DNA of 43,702 bases from an uncultured Faecalibacterium sp. (GCA_964619455.1 CAZUDU010000001.1:1-43702); one strand, 5' to 3'. Counted from the first letter of the stretch, positions 7,975-17,278 are shown. The notes: generated by a model from the letters alone, not told the origin. Program-made: numbers and translations.

Positions 7975-9174
7975 TTACTTCTCGATGACTTCCTTGGTGT
8001 CGCGGGCGATCATCAGCTCCTCGTCGGTAGCGATGACCAGCGTGCGGACCTTAGCGCCCCAGGCGGTGATCTCGCAGATATCGCCCTGAGGATGCTTGTT
8101 CTTGTCGGTGTCGATGCGGACGCCCAGCCAATCCATGTGGTGGCAGACCTTTGCACGAGCCAGATCGTCGTGCTCGCCGATGCCGCCGGTGAAGACGATG
8201 GCGTCCACGCCGCCCATTGCTGCGATGTAGCTGCCGATGGTCTTCTTGATCTGGTAGTTCAGCATGTCGGAAGCCAGCTGTGCGCGCTCGTTGCCGTTCA
8301 GAGCTGCCTCTTCGACGTCACGCTTGTCGCTGGAAACGCCGGAGATGCCCAGCAGGCCGGACTTCTTGTTCAGGATCTCGTCCAGCTGGTGGCCGGTGAT
8401 CTCCAGAGTGTACTTCAGGTAGTTGACCACAGAGGGGTCCAGGTCACCGCAGCGGGTGCCCATCATCAGGCCGGCCAGCGGGGTCATGCCCATGGAGGTG
8501 TCCACAACACGGCCCTGATCGACTGCGGCGATGGAAGAACCATTGCCCAGGTGGCAGGTGATGATCTTCAGGCGCTCAATGGGCTCCTCCAGATACTCAG
8601 CAGCCTTGTGTGCAACGTACTTGTGGCTGGTGCCGTGGAAGCCGTAGCGGCGGACGCCGTACTTCTCATAGTACTCGTAGGGGATCGCGTACATGTAAGC
8701 CTTGGGGGGCATGGTGCTGTGGAACGCGGTGTCGAACACTGCGACCATCGGCACATCTGCGCCAAAGACCTTGCGTGCAGCCTCGATGCCCAGGATGCCT
8801 GCGGGGTTGTGCAGAGGAGCCAGAGGGCTCAGCTCACGGATGGTCTGAACGACCTCGTCGGTGATCAGGCAGCTTGCCTTGAACTTCTCGCCGCCGTGCA
8901 CGACGCGGTGACCGATGGCAGAGATCTCGGAAACGTCATCGATGCACTTGCCCTCGCCGGTGGTCATCTTCTTGACGACCTCAGCGAATGCCTCGGTGTG
9001 GGTGGGGAAGATCGCGGGGGTGGTTGCCTTATAGCCGTTTGCGCTGTGGGTGATCATGCTGCTTTCCATGCCGATGCGCTCGCACAGGCCCTTGCACAGC
9101 ACCTTCTCGCCGTCCATATCGATCAGCTGATACTTCAGGGAAGAAGAACCGCAGTTAATAACCAGAACTTTCAT
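7975..9174 (-). CDS. ackA: Acetate kinase
   Basis: MKVLVINCGSSSLKYQL, GHRVVHGGE, LAPLHNP, VFDTAFH, YGFHGTSH, CHLGNGSS, FTGGIGE, TDEELMIA; AGGAGG RBS. Confidence 0.97.
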   Translation of the reverse strand: MKVLVINCGSSSLKYQLIDMDGEKVLCKGLCERIGMESSMITHSANGYKATTPAIFPTHTEAFAEVVKKMTTGEGKCIDDVSEISAIGHRVVHGGEKFKASCLITDEVVQTIRELSPLAPLHNPAGILGIEAARKVFGADVPMVAVFDTAFHSTMPPKAYMYAIPYEYYEKYGVRRYGFHGTSHKYVAHKAAEYLEEPIERLKIITCHLGNGSSIAAVDQGRVVDTSMGMTPLAGLMMGTRCGDLDPSVVNYLKYTLEITGHQLDEILNKKSGLLGISGVSSDKRDVEEAALNGNERAQLASDMLNYQIKKTIGSYIAAMGGVDAIVFTGGIGEHDDLARAKVCHHMDWLGVRIDTDKNKHPQGDICEITAWGAKVRTLVIATDEELMIARDTKEVIEK

Positions 9175-9241
9175 CTGTTGTTGCCTCCTGTATGTTTTTT
9201 TATCTGCCCTTACGGACAGAAATTTACAGATTACCATATTT

Positions 9242-9270
9242 ATTATATAATAGGGAAAACCGCTTTTCAA
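9242..9270 (-). promoter_or_regulatory. sigma-A promoter of ackA
   Basis: TTGAAA-17bp-TATAAT on the minus strand. Confidence 0.75.
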
Positions 9271-9419
9271 GCCACAACCGTGGCAAAGCGGTAAAACTTG
9301 TGTACAAGGTTTTTGTACATCCTGCCCACAATTCTGCTAAACATGGAGCAAAATCCTGTTTAGCACGATATAAATTTCACAATCCGGGTGCGTGGATGTG
9401 CGCCCAAAGGAGACAGAGG

Positions 9420-10625
9420 ATGAACTTTGCCGGAATCATCGCCGAATACGATCCCTTCCATAATGGTCATGCATGGCAGCTTGCACAGGCAAAACGGCTG
9501 GGTGCGCAGCGGGTGGCTGTTGCCATGAGCTGTTCGCTGACCCAGCGGGGCGCGGTGCCGCTGCTGCCGGAAACGGTGCGGGTGCAGGCGGCGCTGCGCT
9601 GCGGCGCGGATCTGGTATTTGCACTGCCCGCACCCTGTGCCTGCGCCGGGGCCGAGGCCTTTGCCCGCGCGGGGGTGCGCATCCTTGCGGCGGCGGGGTG
9701 TGATGCACTGGTGTTCGGGGCAGAGACCCCGGATGCAGCGCTTCTGATGCAGGCGGCGCGGCTGCTGGCAGGGGAGGAGTACCGCGCAGCGCTCAAAATG
9801 CAGCTTGCGGCAGGTGCGCGCAGCTTTGCGGCGGCACGGCAGGCGGCAGTGGCACAGCTCTGCCCGGGAACAGGGCTGGCGGAGCTTTTGGACAAACCCA
9901 ACAACAATCTGGCGGTGGAGTACTGCAAGGCGATCCTGGAGCTGGGCGTGTCCATGACCCCGGTGCCGCTGCCCCGGCAGGGGGCGGATCACGGGCAGGC
10001 GCTGGAGGACAGCGCCCACACCCGCTTTGCCAGCGCCAGTGCTCTGCGCAAGCTCTGGGCAGAAGGCGGGGCAGAGGCGATCGCCCCGTATGTCCCGGCG
10101 GCGGCACTGGAGCTGTACCGGGCAGCCGAAGCGGAGGGGCGCTATACCGATTTTGCAGCCGCCGGGCGGTGTGAGCTGGCATTGCTGCGCGCTGCCTGTG
10201 CAAGACCGGGGGCATTTGCCGCGGTGCGCGGTGTCTCCGAAGGGCTGGAGCACCGGCTGGAACACGCAGTGCGCCGGAGCACGACACTGGAACAGCTTTT
10301 GGAGGAGATGACTACCGTGCGTTACCCGCGTGCGCGGCTGCGGCGGCTGGCAATGGATGCGGCGCTGGGGTATACCGTGCAGGAGGTCCCGGCACAGCCG
10401 CCCTACCTGCATCTGCTGGGCGCGCGGCGCGCGGCGCTGAAGGTACTGGAAGCGGCGGCACTGCCGGTCTCGCATTCGCTGGCGCGCCTGCGCGGGGAGA
10501 ACGAGAGCTGCGCACAAATGGCAGCGGCGCAGGCGGCGGCAAGCGATTTTGCGGCGCTCTGCCGTGCAAACCCGGAACCGATGGGCGGTATTTATCGTCA
10601 AAAAAATATCTTTTTGACGGATTGA
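9420..10625 (+). CDS. tmcAL: tRNA(Met) cytidine acetate ligase (HIGH-family nucleotidyltransferase, YlbM type)
   Basis: GIIAEYDPFHNGH, TQRG, PNNNLAVEY, ASASALR, TVRYPRARLRR; AAGGAG RBS; typical position divergent from ackA. Confidence 0.88.
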   Translation: MNFAGIIAEYDPFHNGHAWQLAQAKRLGAQRVAVAMSCSLTQRGAVPLLPETVRVQAALRCGADLVFALPAPCACAGAEAFARAGVRILAAAGCDALVFGAETPDAALLMQAARLLAGEEYRAALKMQLAAGARSFAAARQAAVAQLCPGTGLAELLDKPNNNLAVEYCKAILELGVSMTPVPLPRQGADHGQALEDSAHTRFASASALRKLWAEGGAEAIAPYVPAAALELYRAAEAEGRYTDFAAAGRCELALLRAACARPGAFAAVRGVSEGLEHRLEHAVRRSTTLEQLLEEMTTVRYPRARLRRLAMDAALGYTVQEVPAQPPYLHLLGARRAALKVLEAAALPVSHSLARLRGENESCAQMAAAQAAASDFAALCRANPEPMGGIYRQKNIFLTD

Positions 10626-10660
10626 CAAAAATTTTAGGGTGAAAATCGGCAATTCTGCTA

Positions 10661-10689
10661 TTGTAACCTGCAGTGCTTTCAGGTATTAT
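10661..10689 (+). promoter_or_regulatory. Probable sigma-A promoter of the GltD-like gene
   Basis: TTGTAA-17bp-TATTAT. Confidence 0.55.
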
Positions 10690-10759
10690 TAAAGTAGTAC
10701 AAACTTGGATACAACGATACGCCCGCTTTTGCCGGGTAAGGATCGAAGGAGGATTTTCC

Positions 10760-12076
10760 ATGGCACTTCACGTTCTGGACGAAGCCAACCGCTGCCTCGG
10801 CTGCAAGAAGCCGATGTGCCAGCAGGGCTGCCCCATCCACACCAACATCCCGGAGGTCATCCGTCTGCTCAAAGAGAACAAGATGGACGATGCAGGCCGG
10901 ATGCTGTTTGAGAATAACCCCATGACCACCGTTTGCTCTCTGGTCTGCAACCACGAGAAGCAGTGCGAGGGCCACTGCATCCGCAACAAGATGCCCAGCC
11001 ACGACCCGGTGCACTTCTCCATCATCGAGGACTACATCTCCACCACCTACGCCAACAAGATGACCGCCGGTCCCGCGCCGAAGAACGGCATGAAGGCTGC
11101 GGTCGTGGGTGCAGGCCCTGCGGGTCTGACCATCGCTGTGCTGCTGGCACGCTGGGGCTACGATATCACCATCTTTGATGCGCGCGATAAGATCGGCGGC
11201 GTGATGCGCTACGGCATCCCCAACTACCGCCTGCCGGACAGCGTGCTGGATGACTTCCAGTATCGTCATCTGGAGCTGAAGGGCATCAAGGTGCGCCCCA
11301 ACACCACCATTGGCAAGACCATCACCATTGATGATCTGTTCCGCGACGGCTACAAGAGCGTGTTCATCGGCGCTGGTCTGTGGAAGGCGAACGCCATGCA
11401 CATCAAGGGCGAGACGCTGGGCAACGTTGCCTTTGGCATCGACTATCTGGCAAACTCCGGGGCATTCCGTCTGGGGGACGATATCGCGGTCATCGGCGTG
11501 GGCAACTCTGCAATGGACTGCGCCCGCACCGCCATCCGCAACGGTGCCCGCCATGTGACCTGCTACGCCCGCCGCGACGAGAGCTGCATCAGCGCTTCGG
11601 AGTACGAAGTCAGCTATGCAAAGCTGGAGGGCGTTGGCTTCCGTTTCTGCAAGGCTCCGGTCGAGATCCGCGAAGAGGGTCTGATCTGCCGCGATACCGT
11701 CAAGAACGAGGAAGGCAATTTCGTGCAGGTGGAAGGCAGCGAGACGCTCTACCGCCACACCGGCGTGATCGTCTCGGTCAGCCAGGGCTCTGAGAGCAAC
11801 CTCGTCAAGACCACCACCGGCATCGAGACCAACCAGCGCGGTCTGCTGACCGTCAGCGAGGACGGCAGCACCACCCGCGAGGGCGTGTTTGCTGGCGGCG
11901 ATGCCGTGATGGGTGCCCGCACGGTGGTCGAGGCAGTTGCTGTTGCCAAGAAGGTCGCAGAGACGATGGATGCCTACATGAAGAGCCTGCCCGCTGAGAC
12001 GGCGGCGGATCCTTACGCAGACATTCCGGAGTTCACCACCCCGACCTCGGACGTTCTGGCGAAACAGGAATTTTAA
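10760..12076 (+). CDS. GltD/PreT/NfnB-like NAD(P)H-dependent Fe-S flavoprotein oxidoreductase
   Basis: Fe-S motifs CLGCKKPMCQQGCP and CSLVC…CEGHC; GAGPAG FAD motif; YGIPNYRLP; GVGNSAMD; FAGGD; AAGGAGG RBS. Confidence 0.88.
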   Translation: MALHVLDEANRCLGCKKPMCQQGCPIHTNIPEVIRLLKENKMDDAGRMLFENNPMTTVCSLVCNHEKQCEGHCIRNKMPSHDPVHFSIIEDYISTTYANKMTAGPAPKNGMKAAVVGAGPAGLTIAVLLARWGYDITIFDARDKIGGVMRYGIPNYRLPDSVLDDFQYRHLELKGIKVRPNTTIGKTITIDDLFRDGYKSVFIGAGLWKANAMHIKGETLGNVAFGIDYLANSGAFRLGDDIAVIGVGNSAMDCARTAIRNGARHVTCYARRDESCISASEYEVSYAKLEGVGFRFCKAPVEIREEGLICRDTVKNEEGNFVQVEGSETLYRHTGVIVSVSQGSESNLVKTTTGIETNQRGLLTVSEDGSTTREGVFAGGDAVMGARTVVEAVAVAKKVAETMDAYMKSLPAETAADPYADIPEFTTPTSDVLAKQEF

Positions 12077-12114
12077 AGATAAACTGTAAAGTTTTTGCAA
12101 AGCTAAGAAAAATT

Positions 12115-12148
12115 TGCCACTCCGTTTGTTGACGGGGTGGCATTTTCT
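12115..12148 (+). terminator. Intrinsic terminator
   Basis: TGCCACTCCGT-6nt-ACGGGGTGGCA followed by TTTTCT. Confidence 0.75.
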
Positions 12149-12215
12149 ATTGTATACTAGGTATGTAGTTTTATTGATTTATTTTGTGCCGTACCGGCGC
12201 AGAATAAGAAAGGCG

Positions 12216-13766
12216 GTGGACAACATACTCAAGGCATCTCTCCCGAAACTCAAAGAAAAGTTGATGGAAGCATTGCAGGCGGTGCTGCCCATTGTGGCGA
12301 TCGTTCTGGTACTCTGCTTTACCATCGCGCCGGTGTCTCCCAGCATCCTGCTGTGCTTTTTGCTGGGCGCTGCGATGATCGTCGTTGGCATCATGTTCTT
12401 TACCCTCGGTGCGGAAATGAGCATGACCCCGATGGGCGAACGTGTGGGCGCAGTGCTGACCAAAACGCGCAAGCTGCCCATCATCCTTCTGGTCGGCTTC
12501 CTGCTGGGCTTTCTGATCACCATTTCGGAGCCGGATCTGCAGGTACTTGCCAATCAGGTGCCCTCCATCCCGAACCAGACCCTGATCTTCTCGGTGGCGG
12601 CGGGTGTGGGCCTGTTCCTCGTGTTTGCGTTCCTGCGCATGCTCATTGGCATCTCGCTGCCCAAGATGCTGGTCATTTTTTACAGCATCGTATTCATTCT
12701 GGCGGCGTTCGTCCCCAAGGAGTTCCTTGCGGTTGCGTTTGACTCCGGCGGCGTGACCACCGGCCCCATGACCGTGCCGTTCATCATGGCACTGGGCGTT
12801 GGTGTCGCCTCCATCCGTGGTGACCGCCATGCCGCAGACGACAGCTTTGGTCTGGTCGCGCTGTGCTCGGTCGGCCCCATTCTGGCAGTGCTGACGCTGG
12901 GCATCCTGTTCAATGCGTCCGAAAGCACCTATATCCCGCCGGTCATCCCGGACATCGGGGACTCGGTGGAGCTGTGGCAGCTCTTCCACGAAGGTCTGCC
13001 TACCTATCTGGAAGAGATCGCAGTCTCGCTGCTGCCGATCATCGTCATGTTCGGCGTGTTCCAGCTCGTGGCGCTCAAGCTCGACCGCCGCACACTGGGG
13101 CGTATCGCAGTGGGTCTGGCATATACCTATGTAGGCCTGGTGCTCTTTTTGACCGGCGCGAACATCGGCTTTATGCCCGCCGGTAACTATCTGGGTCAGG
13201 TGCTGGCGGGGCAGAGCTTCCGCTGGCTGCTCATCCCCATCGGCATGCTGATCGGCTACTTCATCGTCAAGGCAGAGCCTGCGGTCTATGTGCTGAACAA
13301 GCAGGTCGAAGAGGTCACCGACGGCGCCATCTCCGCACAGGCGATGGGAACCGCGCTTTCCATGGGCGTGTCCCTCTCGGTCGGTCTGGCGATGGTCCGT
13401 GTGCTGACCGGCATCTCTATTCTGTGGTTCCTGATCCCGGGCTATGTGTTCGCGATCAGTATCTCCTTTGTGGTGCCTAAGCTCTTTACCGCGATCGCAT
13501 TTGACGCGGGTGGAGTTGCTTCCGGCCCCATGACTGCCACCTTCCTGCTTCCGCTGGCACAGGGTGCCTGTGTGGCAGTGGGCGGCAACATCGTCACGGA
13601 TGCATTCGGCGTGGTGGCGATGGTCGCTATGACCCCGCTCATCACGGTGCAGCTCATGGGTCTGATCGCACAGATCAAGACCCGCAAGGCGCGCAAGCTC
13701 CAGCCCGCAGCGGCCGGCAGCTTTGCCTTTGCCGATCTGCCGGATGATGCGATCATTGAGCTGTAA
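12216..13766 (+). CDS. Tandem (fused) DUF1538-family polytopic membrane protein, putative transporter; start codon uncertain (about 12216-12265)
   Basis: Two homologous hydrophobic halves with motifs TISEPDL/VKAEPAV, AFDSGGVTTGPMTVPF/AFDAGGVASGPMTATF and DSFGLVAL/DAFGVVAM. Confidence 0.85.
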   Translation: MDNILKASLPKLKEKLMEALQAVLPIVAIVLVLCFTIAPVSPSILLCFLLGAAMIVVGIMFFTLGAEMSMTPMGERVGAVLTKTRKLPIILLVGFLLGFLITISEPDLQVLANQVPSIPNQTLIFSVAAGVGLFLVFAFLRMLIGISLPKMLVIFYSIVFILAAFVPKEFLAVAFDSGGVTTGPMTVPFIMALGVGVASIRGDRHAADDSFGLVALCSVGPILAVLTLGILFNASESTYIPPVIPDIGDSVELWQLFHEGLPTYLEEIAVSLLPIIVMFGVFQLVALKLDRRTLGRIAVGLAYTYVGLVLFLTGANIGFMPAGNYLGQVLAGQSFRWLLIPIGMLIGYFIVKAEPAVYVLNKQVEEVTDGAISAQAMGTALSMGVSLSVGLAMVRVLTGISILWFLIPGYVFAISISFVVPKLFTAIAFDAGGVASGPMTATFLLPLAQGACVAVGGNIVTDAFGVVAMVAMTPLITVQLMGLIAQIKTRKARKLQPAAAGSFAFADLPDDAIIEL

Positions 13767-13780
13767 GGAGGGAACTGCGT

Positions 13781-14482
13781 GTGAATACGTTGTATTGGAT
13801 GATCACTATCACCGACCGCACCACCACCAAGGACTTTTTGCAGCTGTATGAGAGCCACGGTGTCAATGTCAGCCTGCGTACCGTCGGCTCCGGTACGGCC
13901 GTGCGCGAGATCCTCTCGACGCTGGGCTTGGAAAAAAGCGAAAAGGCCGTTCTGTTCGCAGTGGTGACGGCGGATACCTGGCACAAGATCCAGAAGGATC
14001 TGCGCCGCAAACTGCGCATCGATGTGCCGGGTACCGGCATTGCATTCACGGTGCCGATGAGCAGCATTGGCGGCAAGCGCGCGCTGATGTTCTTGACCGA
14101 GCACCAACCCCTGACATTAAAGGAGGAAAGTACCTTGAAGGATACCAACTATGAGCTGCTGCTCGTGATCGCAAATCAGGGCTATACCGGCTCGATCATG
14201 GATGCTGCCCGTGCAGCGGGTGCAGGCGGCGGTACCGTCCTCCACGCAAAGGGCACCGGTATGGAAGGTGCTGCCCAGTTCCTTGGCATGGAGCTGGTCA
14301 ACGAAAAAGAGATCGTGCTGATCGTCAGCCGCACGAGCCAGAAGAACAAGATCATGAAAGCGATCATGGACGGTGCGGAGAAGAAGGCGGGTGCGATCGT
14401 CTTCTCGCTGCCGGTCACCGACACCGCAGGTCTGCGTCTGCTGGAAGAGGATGAGCCGGTGCAGCAGTCTCAGGCACTCTGA
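13781..14482 (+). CDS. Tandem P-II-like domain protein
   Basis: Two P-II-like repeats (GSGTA…LGLEKSEKAVL…PGTGIAFTVPM; IMDAARAAGAGGGTVLHAKGTG…EKEIVLIV…GAIVFSLPV); AAGGAGG RBS, GTG start. Confidence 0.85.
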   Translation: MNTLYWMITITDRTTTKDFLQLYESHGVNVSLRTVGSGTAVREILSTLGLEKSEKAVLFAVVTADTWHKIQKDLRRKLRIDVPGTGIAFTVPMSSIGGKRALMFLTEHQPLTLKEESTLKDTNYELLLVIANQGYTGSIMDAARAAGAGGGTVLHAKGTGMEGAAQFLGMELVNEKEIVLIVSRTSQKNKIMKAIMDGAEKKAGAIVFSLPVTDTAGLRLLEEDEPVQQSQAL

Positions 14483-14499
14483 ACTGAATGATTGAAATG

Positions 14500-14539
14500 A
14501 GCCGCGTTTGTCAGCACACTTGATAAACGCGGCTTTTTT
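14500..14539 (+). terminator. Intrinsic terminator
   Basis: AGCCGCGTTTGTCA/TGATAAACGCGGCT stem followed by a T-run. Confidence 0.8.
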
Positions 14540-14583
14540 CGTTATTATAAAAGGGAAATAGATCTGGAAAAGGGGAATGTAGT

Positions 14584-15459
14584 ATGATCCAGGGTTCACA
14601 TAAAAAGCAGATGCTCTTCAATGCGCTGTCCATCGTGGCGGGCAATGCGCTCTATGCCTTGACTGTTCAGATGTTTCTGATGCCCTCCGGGCTGATCACC
14701 GGCGGTGCGACCGGTATCGCACTGGCGGTCAACCGCCTGACAGCGCTGCCGGTCTCCGGGGTGCTGTTCGTCATCAACATGACCATGCTGGTGCTGGGCT
14801 GGATCGTACTGGGGAGCCGCTTTGCGCTGAACACCATCGCCAGCACGGTGCTCAGCCCCATGTTCCTTGCCCTGTGGGAGCGGCTGCTGGCAGGGCGCGT
14901 CCTGACGGATGACCTTGTGCTCAACACCGTCTTTGCCGGTATCGGCATCGGTGTATCGCTGGGCATCACCATCCGCGCGGGTGCATCGACCGGCGGCATG
15001 GATATCCCGCCGCTGGTGCTGCAAAAGTGGTTCCATCTGCCGGTCTCGATCACGATGCTGGCGTTCGATGTCACGATCCTTGCAATGCAGGCGGCGTTCA
15101 GCCCGGTGCGGCAGTCGCTGTACGGCCTTGTGATGGCGATCATCTATACGGTCGTGCTGGATAAGGTGCTGATGCTGGGTACTACCCGCACCGAGGTCAA
15201 GATCATCAGCGAGAAGAACGAGGAGATCTGCAACCAGATCTTTGCCCAATTGGATCGCGGTGTGACGTTGCTGCATGGCGCGGGCGGTTACAGCCGGGAG
15301 GACACCGAGGTGCTGCTGAGCGTGGTCTCCAACCGTGAGCTGCCCCGGCTGGAAAAGCTGGCGCACGCCATCGACCCCGCCTGCTTTATGATCGTCAGCC
15401 ATGTCACCGAGGTCAGCGGGCGCGGCTTCTCGCTGGAGAAAGATTACCACGAACACTGA
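14584..15459 (+). CDS. YitT-family membrane protein (with C-terminal DUF2179)
   Basis: GLITGGATG, GASTGGMDI, RGVTLLHGAGGYS, IDPACFMIV…EVSGRGF. Confidence 0.9.
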   Translation: MIQGSHKKQMLFNALSIVAGNALYALTVQMFLMPSGLITGGATGIALAVNRLTALPVSGVLFVINMTMLVLGWIVLGSRFALNTIASTVLSPMFLALWERLLAGRVLTDDLVLNTVFAGIGIGVSLGITIRAGASTGGMDIPPLVLQKWFHLPVSITMLAFDVTILAMQAAFSPVRQSLYGLVMAIIYTVVLDKVLMLGTTRTEVKIISEKNEEICNQIFAQLDRGVTLLHGAGGYSREDTEVLLSVVSNRELPRLEKLAHAIDPACFMIVSHVTEVSGRGFSLEKDYHEH

Positions 15460-15475
15460 TTTTCCCGGCGGATAC

Positions 15476-15505
15476 TTGCAAAAGCGTGCTGCTTTGGGGT
15501 ATAGT
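15476..15505 (+). promoter_or_regulatory. Probable sigma-A promoter of the DUF1858-trmK-nif3-rqcH operon
   Basis: TTGCAA-18bp-TATAGT. Confidence 0.55.
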
Positions 15506-15552
15506 ATAAAAGAACCTGCACAGACGGCAGGCAAAGAAAGGAATAAGACAAA

Positions 15553-15804
15553 ATGTTTGATATTTTCAATATGCTGAAGAAGGACGAGACCAAGGCAAAG
15601 AAGGTCACCCGTCAGACCATCATCGGTGACATTCTGGACATGGATCAGAGCACCGCTCCGTATTTTCTGGAGATCGGCATGCACTGCCTGGGCTGCCCGT
15701 CCTCCCGTGGTGAGACGCTGGAAGAGGCTTGCGCCGTGCACGGTGTGGACTGCGACGAACTGCTGGAGAAGCTGAACGCACATCTGGCAGCCAACAAGGG
15801 CTGA
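15553..15804 (+). CDS. DUF1858 / hybrid-cluster-associated redox disulfide domain protein
   Basis: GMHCLGCPSSRGETLEEACAVHGVD motif; 83 aa. Confidence 0.88.
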   Translation: MFDIFNMLKKDETKAKKVTRQTIIGDILDMDQSTAPYFLEIGMHCLGCPSSRGETLEEACAVHGVDCDELLEKLNAHLAANKG

Positions 15805-16475
15805 TGCTGCCCACATTGGATGCCCGCCTGACCGCAGCAGCGGAGCTGGTGCGCCCGGGGCAGCCGGTGGCGGACATCGGCTGCGACCACGGCAAGCTGA
15901 CCGCTGTGCTGGCGGCAAGCGGAAACTATCCAAAGGTCATCGGGGCGGATCTGCGCCCTGGTCCGCTGGCAAAGGCGGCGCAGACCTTGAAGAATGCGAA
16001 CTGTGAAGACCGCGCTGAGCTTCGGCTGGGCGACGGTCTTTCTGTGCTGAAGGAGAACGAGGTGGGCAGCATCGTGCTCGCGGGTGTTTCGGCGCAGACG
16101 AGCTGGGAGATCCTTGAAAAAGCCCCGTGGGTCTTTACGGTGGGCGGGCCGCGCATCATCCTCATCCCTGCCACCCGGCACAGTGAGCTGCGCCGCTGGC
16201 TGTGGGAGCACGGCTTTGCGCTGGCGGCAGACCGCCCGGTGCAGGCGGCAGGGCGCTGGTATGCGGTGATGGCGGCAGAATACACCGGCGAGGTGCGCAA
16301 GCCGACCTTTACCGAGTGCCTGTTCGGCAACACCGGCACCTACCCCGAAGGCGAGGGTTACGCGGCGTGGCAGCGGGCAAAGCTGCCGCGGATGCGCCTG
16401 GGCGTGCCGGACGGCAGTGCGCTGGCGCAGGAGATCGACTGCATTTTACAGCAGGAGCAGGAGGGCAGCGTATGA
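15804..16475 (+). CDS. trmK: tRNA (adenine22-N1)-methyltransferase
   Basis: LDARL…VADIGCDHGKL, GPL, RLGDGL; TGATG overlap with the upstream gene. Confidence 0.85.
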   Translation: MLPTLDARLTAAAELVRPGQPVADIGCDHGKLTAVLAASGNYPKVIGADLRPGPLAKAAQTLKNANCEDRAELRLGDGLSVLKENEVGSIVLAGVSAQTSWEILEKAPWVFTVGGPRIILIPATRHSELRRWLWEHGFALAADRPVQAAGRWYAVMAAEYTGEVRKPTFTECLFGNTGTYPEGEGYAAWQRAKLPRMRLGVPDGSALAQEIDCILQQEQEGSV

Positions 16476-17251
16476 CAACGGTAGCACAGATCTATGAAGC
16501 GATGTGCGGCATTGCGCCGCTGGAACTGGCGGAAGGCTGGGACAACCCCGGTCTGCTGGTGGACTGCGGCGGTACGGTACGCCGGGTGCTGGTGACGCTG
16601 GATATCACCCCGGAGGTCATCGCGGAAGCGGCGGCGAAGGACTGCCAGCTCATCGTGGCGCATCACCCGGTCATTTTCAGCCCGCTCAAAAAGCTGGGCG
16701 TGCAGGATCTGCCCTTCCAGCTCGTCCAGAAGGATATTTCCGCCATTTGCATGCACACCAATCTGGACGCCGCCGAGGGCGGTGTCAATGAGGTGCTGGC
16801 AGCACTGTTTGGCATGAAGGAACCGGAATCCTTTGCGGGCGGCTGCGGCAGAGTGGGCGCGATCGAGCCGATCTCGGTGCCGGAACTGGCGCGCAAGGCA
16901 CAGGAAGTGCTGGCGCAGCATTGCAATGCGCCTCTGGGCACAGACCCGGCGGTACAGATCAAGCTGGTGGACACCGGCAAGCGGGTCGAGCGGCTGGCGG
17001 TCATCAGCGGTGCAGGCGGCAGTCTGTTCGAGGATGCGCTCGCGATGGGCGCGGATTGTCTGCTGACCGGTGAGGCGAACCACCACCACGCCTGCGATGC
17101 CAAGCGGCTGGGGCTGTCCCTGATCGCAGCGGGGCATTACGCTACTGAGTTCCCGGCAATGGCAGCCGTGGCAGAAAAGCTGCGCGCAGCTCTGCCGGAG
17201 GTAGAGGTGCTGGTGAGCTGCGAGGACCGCGACCCTTATACTTATTTATAA
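16472..17251 (+). CDS. Nif3-like (YqfO/YbgI) dinuclear metal center protein
   Basis: WDNPGLLV, IVAHHPVIF, HTNLDAAEGGVN, AGHYATE; ATGA overlap with trmK. Confidence 0.92.
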   Translation: MTTVAQIYEAMCGIAPLELAEGWDNPGLLVDCGGTVRRVLVTLDITPEVIAEAAAKDCQLIVAHHPVIFSPLKKLGVQDLPFQLVQKDISAICMHTNLDAAEGGVNEVLAALFGMKEPESFAGGCGRVGAIEPISVPELARKAQEVLAQHCNAPLGTDPAVQIKLVDTGKRVERLAVISGAGGSLFEDALAMGADCLLTGEANHHHACDAKRLGLSLIAAGHYATEFPAMAAVAEKLRAALPEVEVLVSCEDRDPYTYL

Positions 17252-17278
17252 TAGAGATAGACGAACGAGGTACGACCA

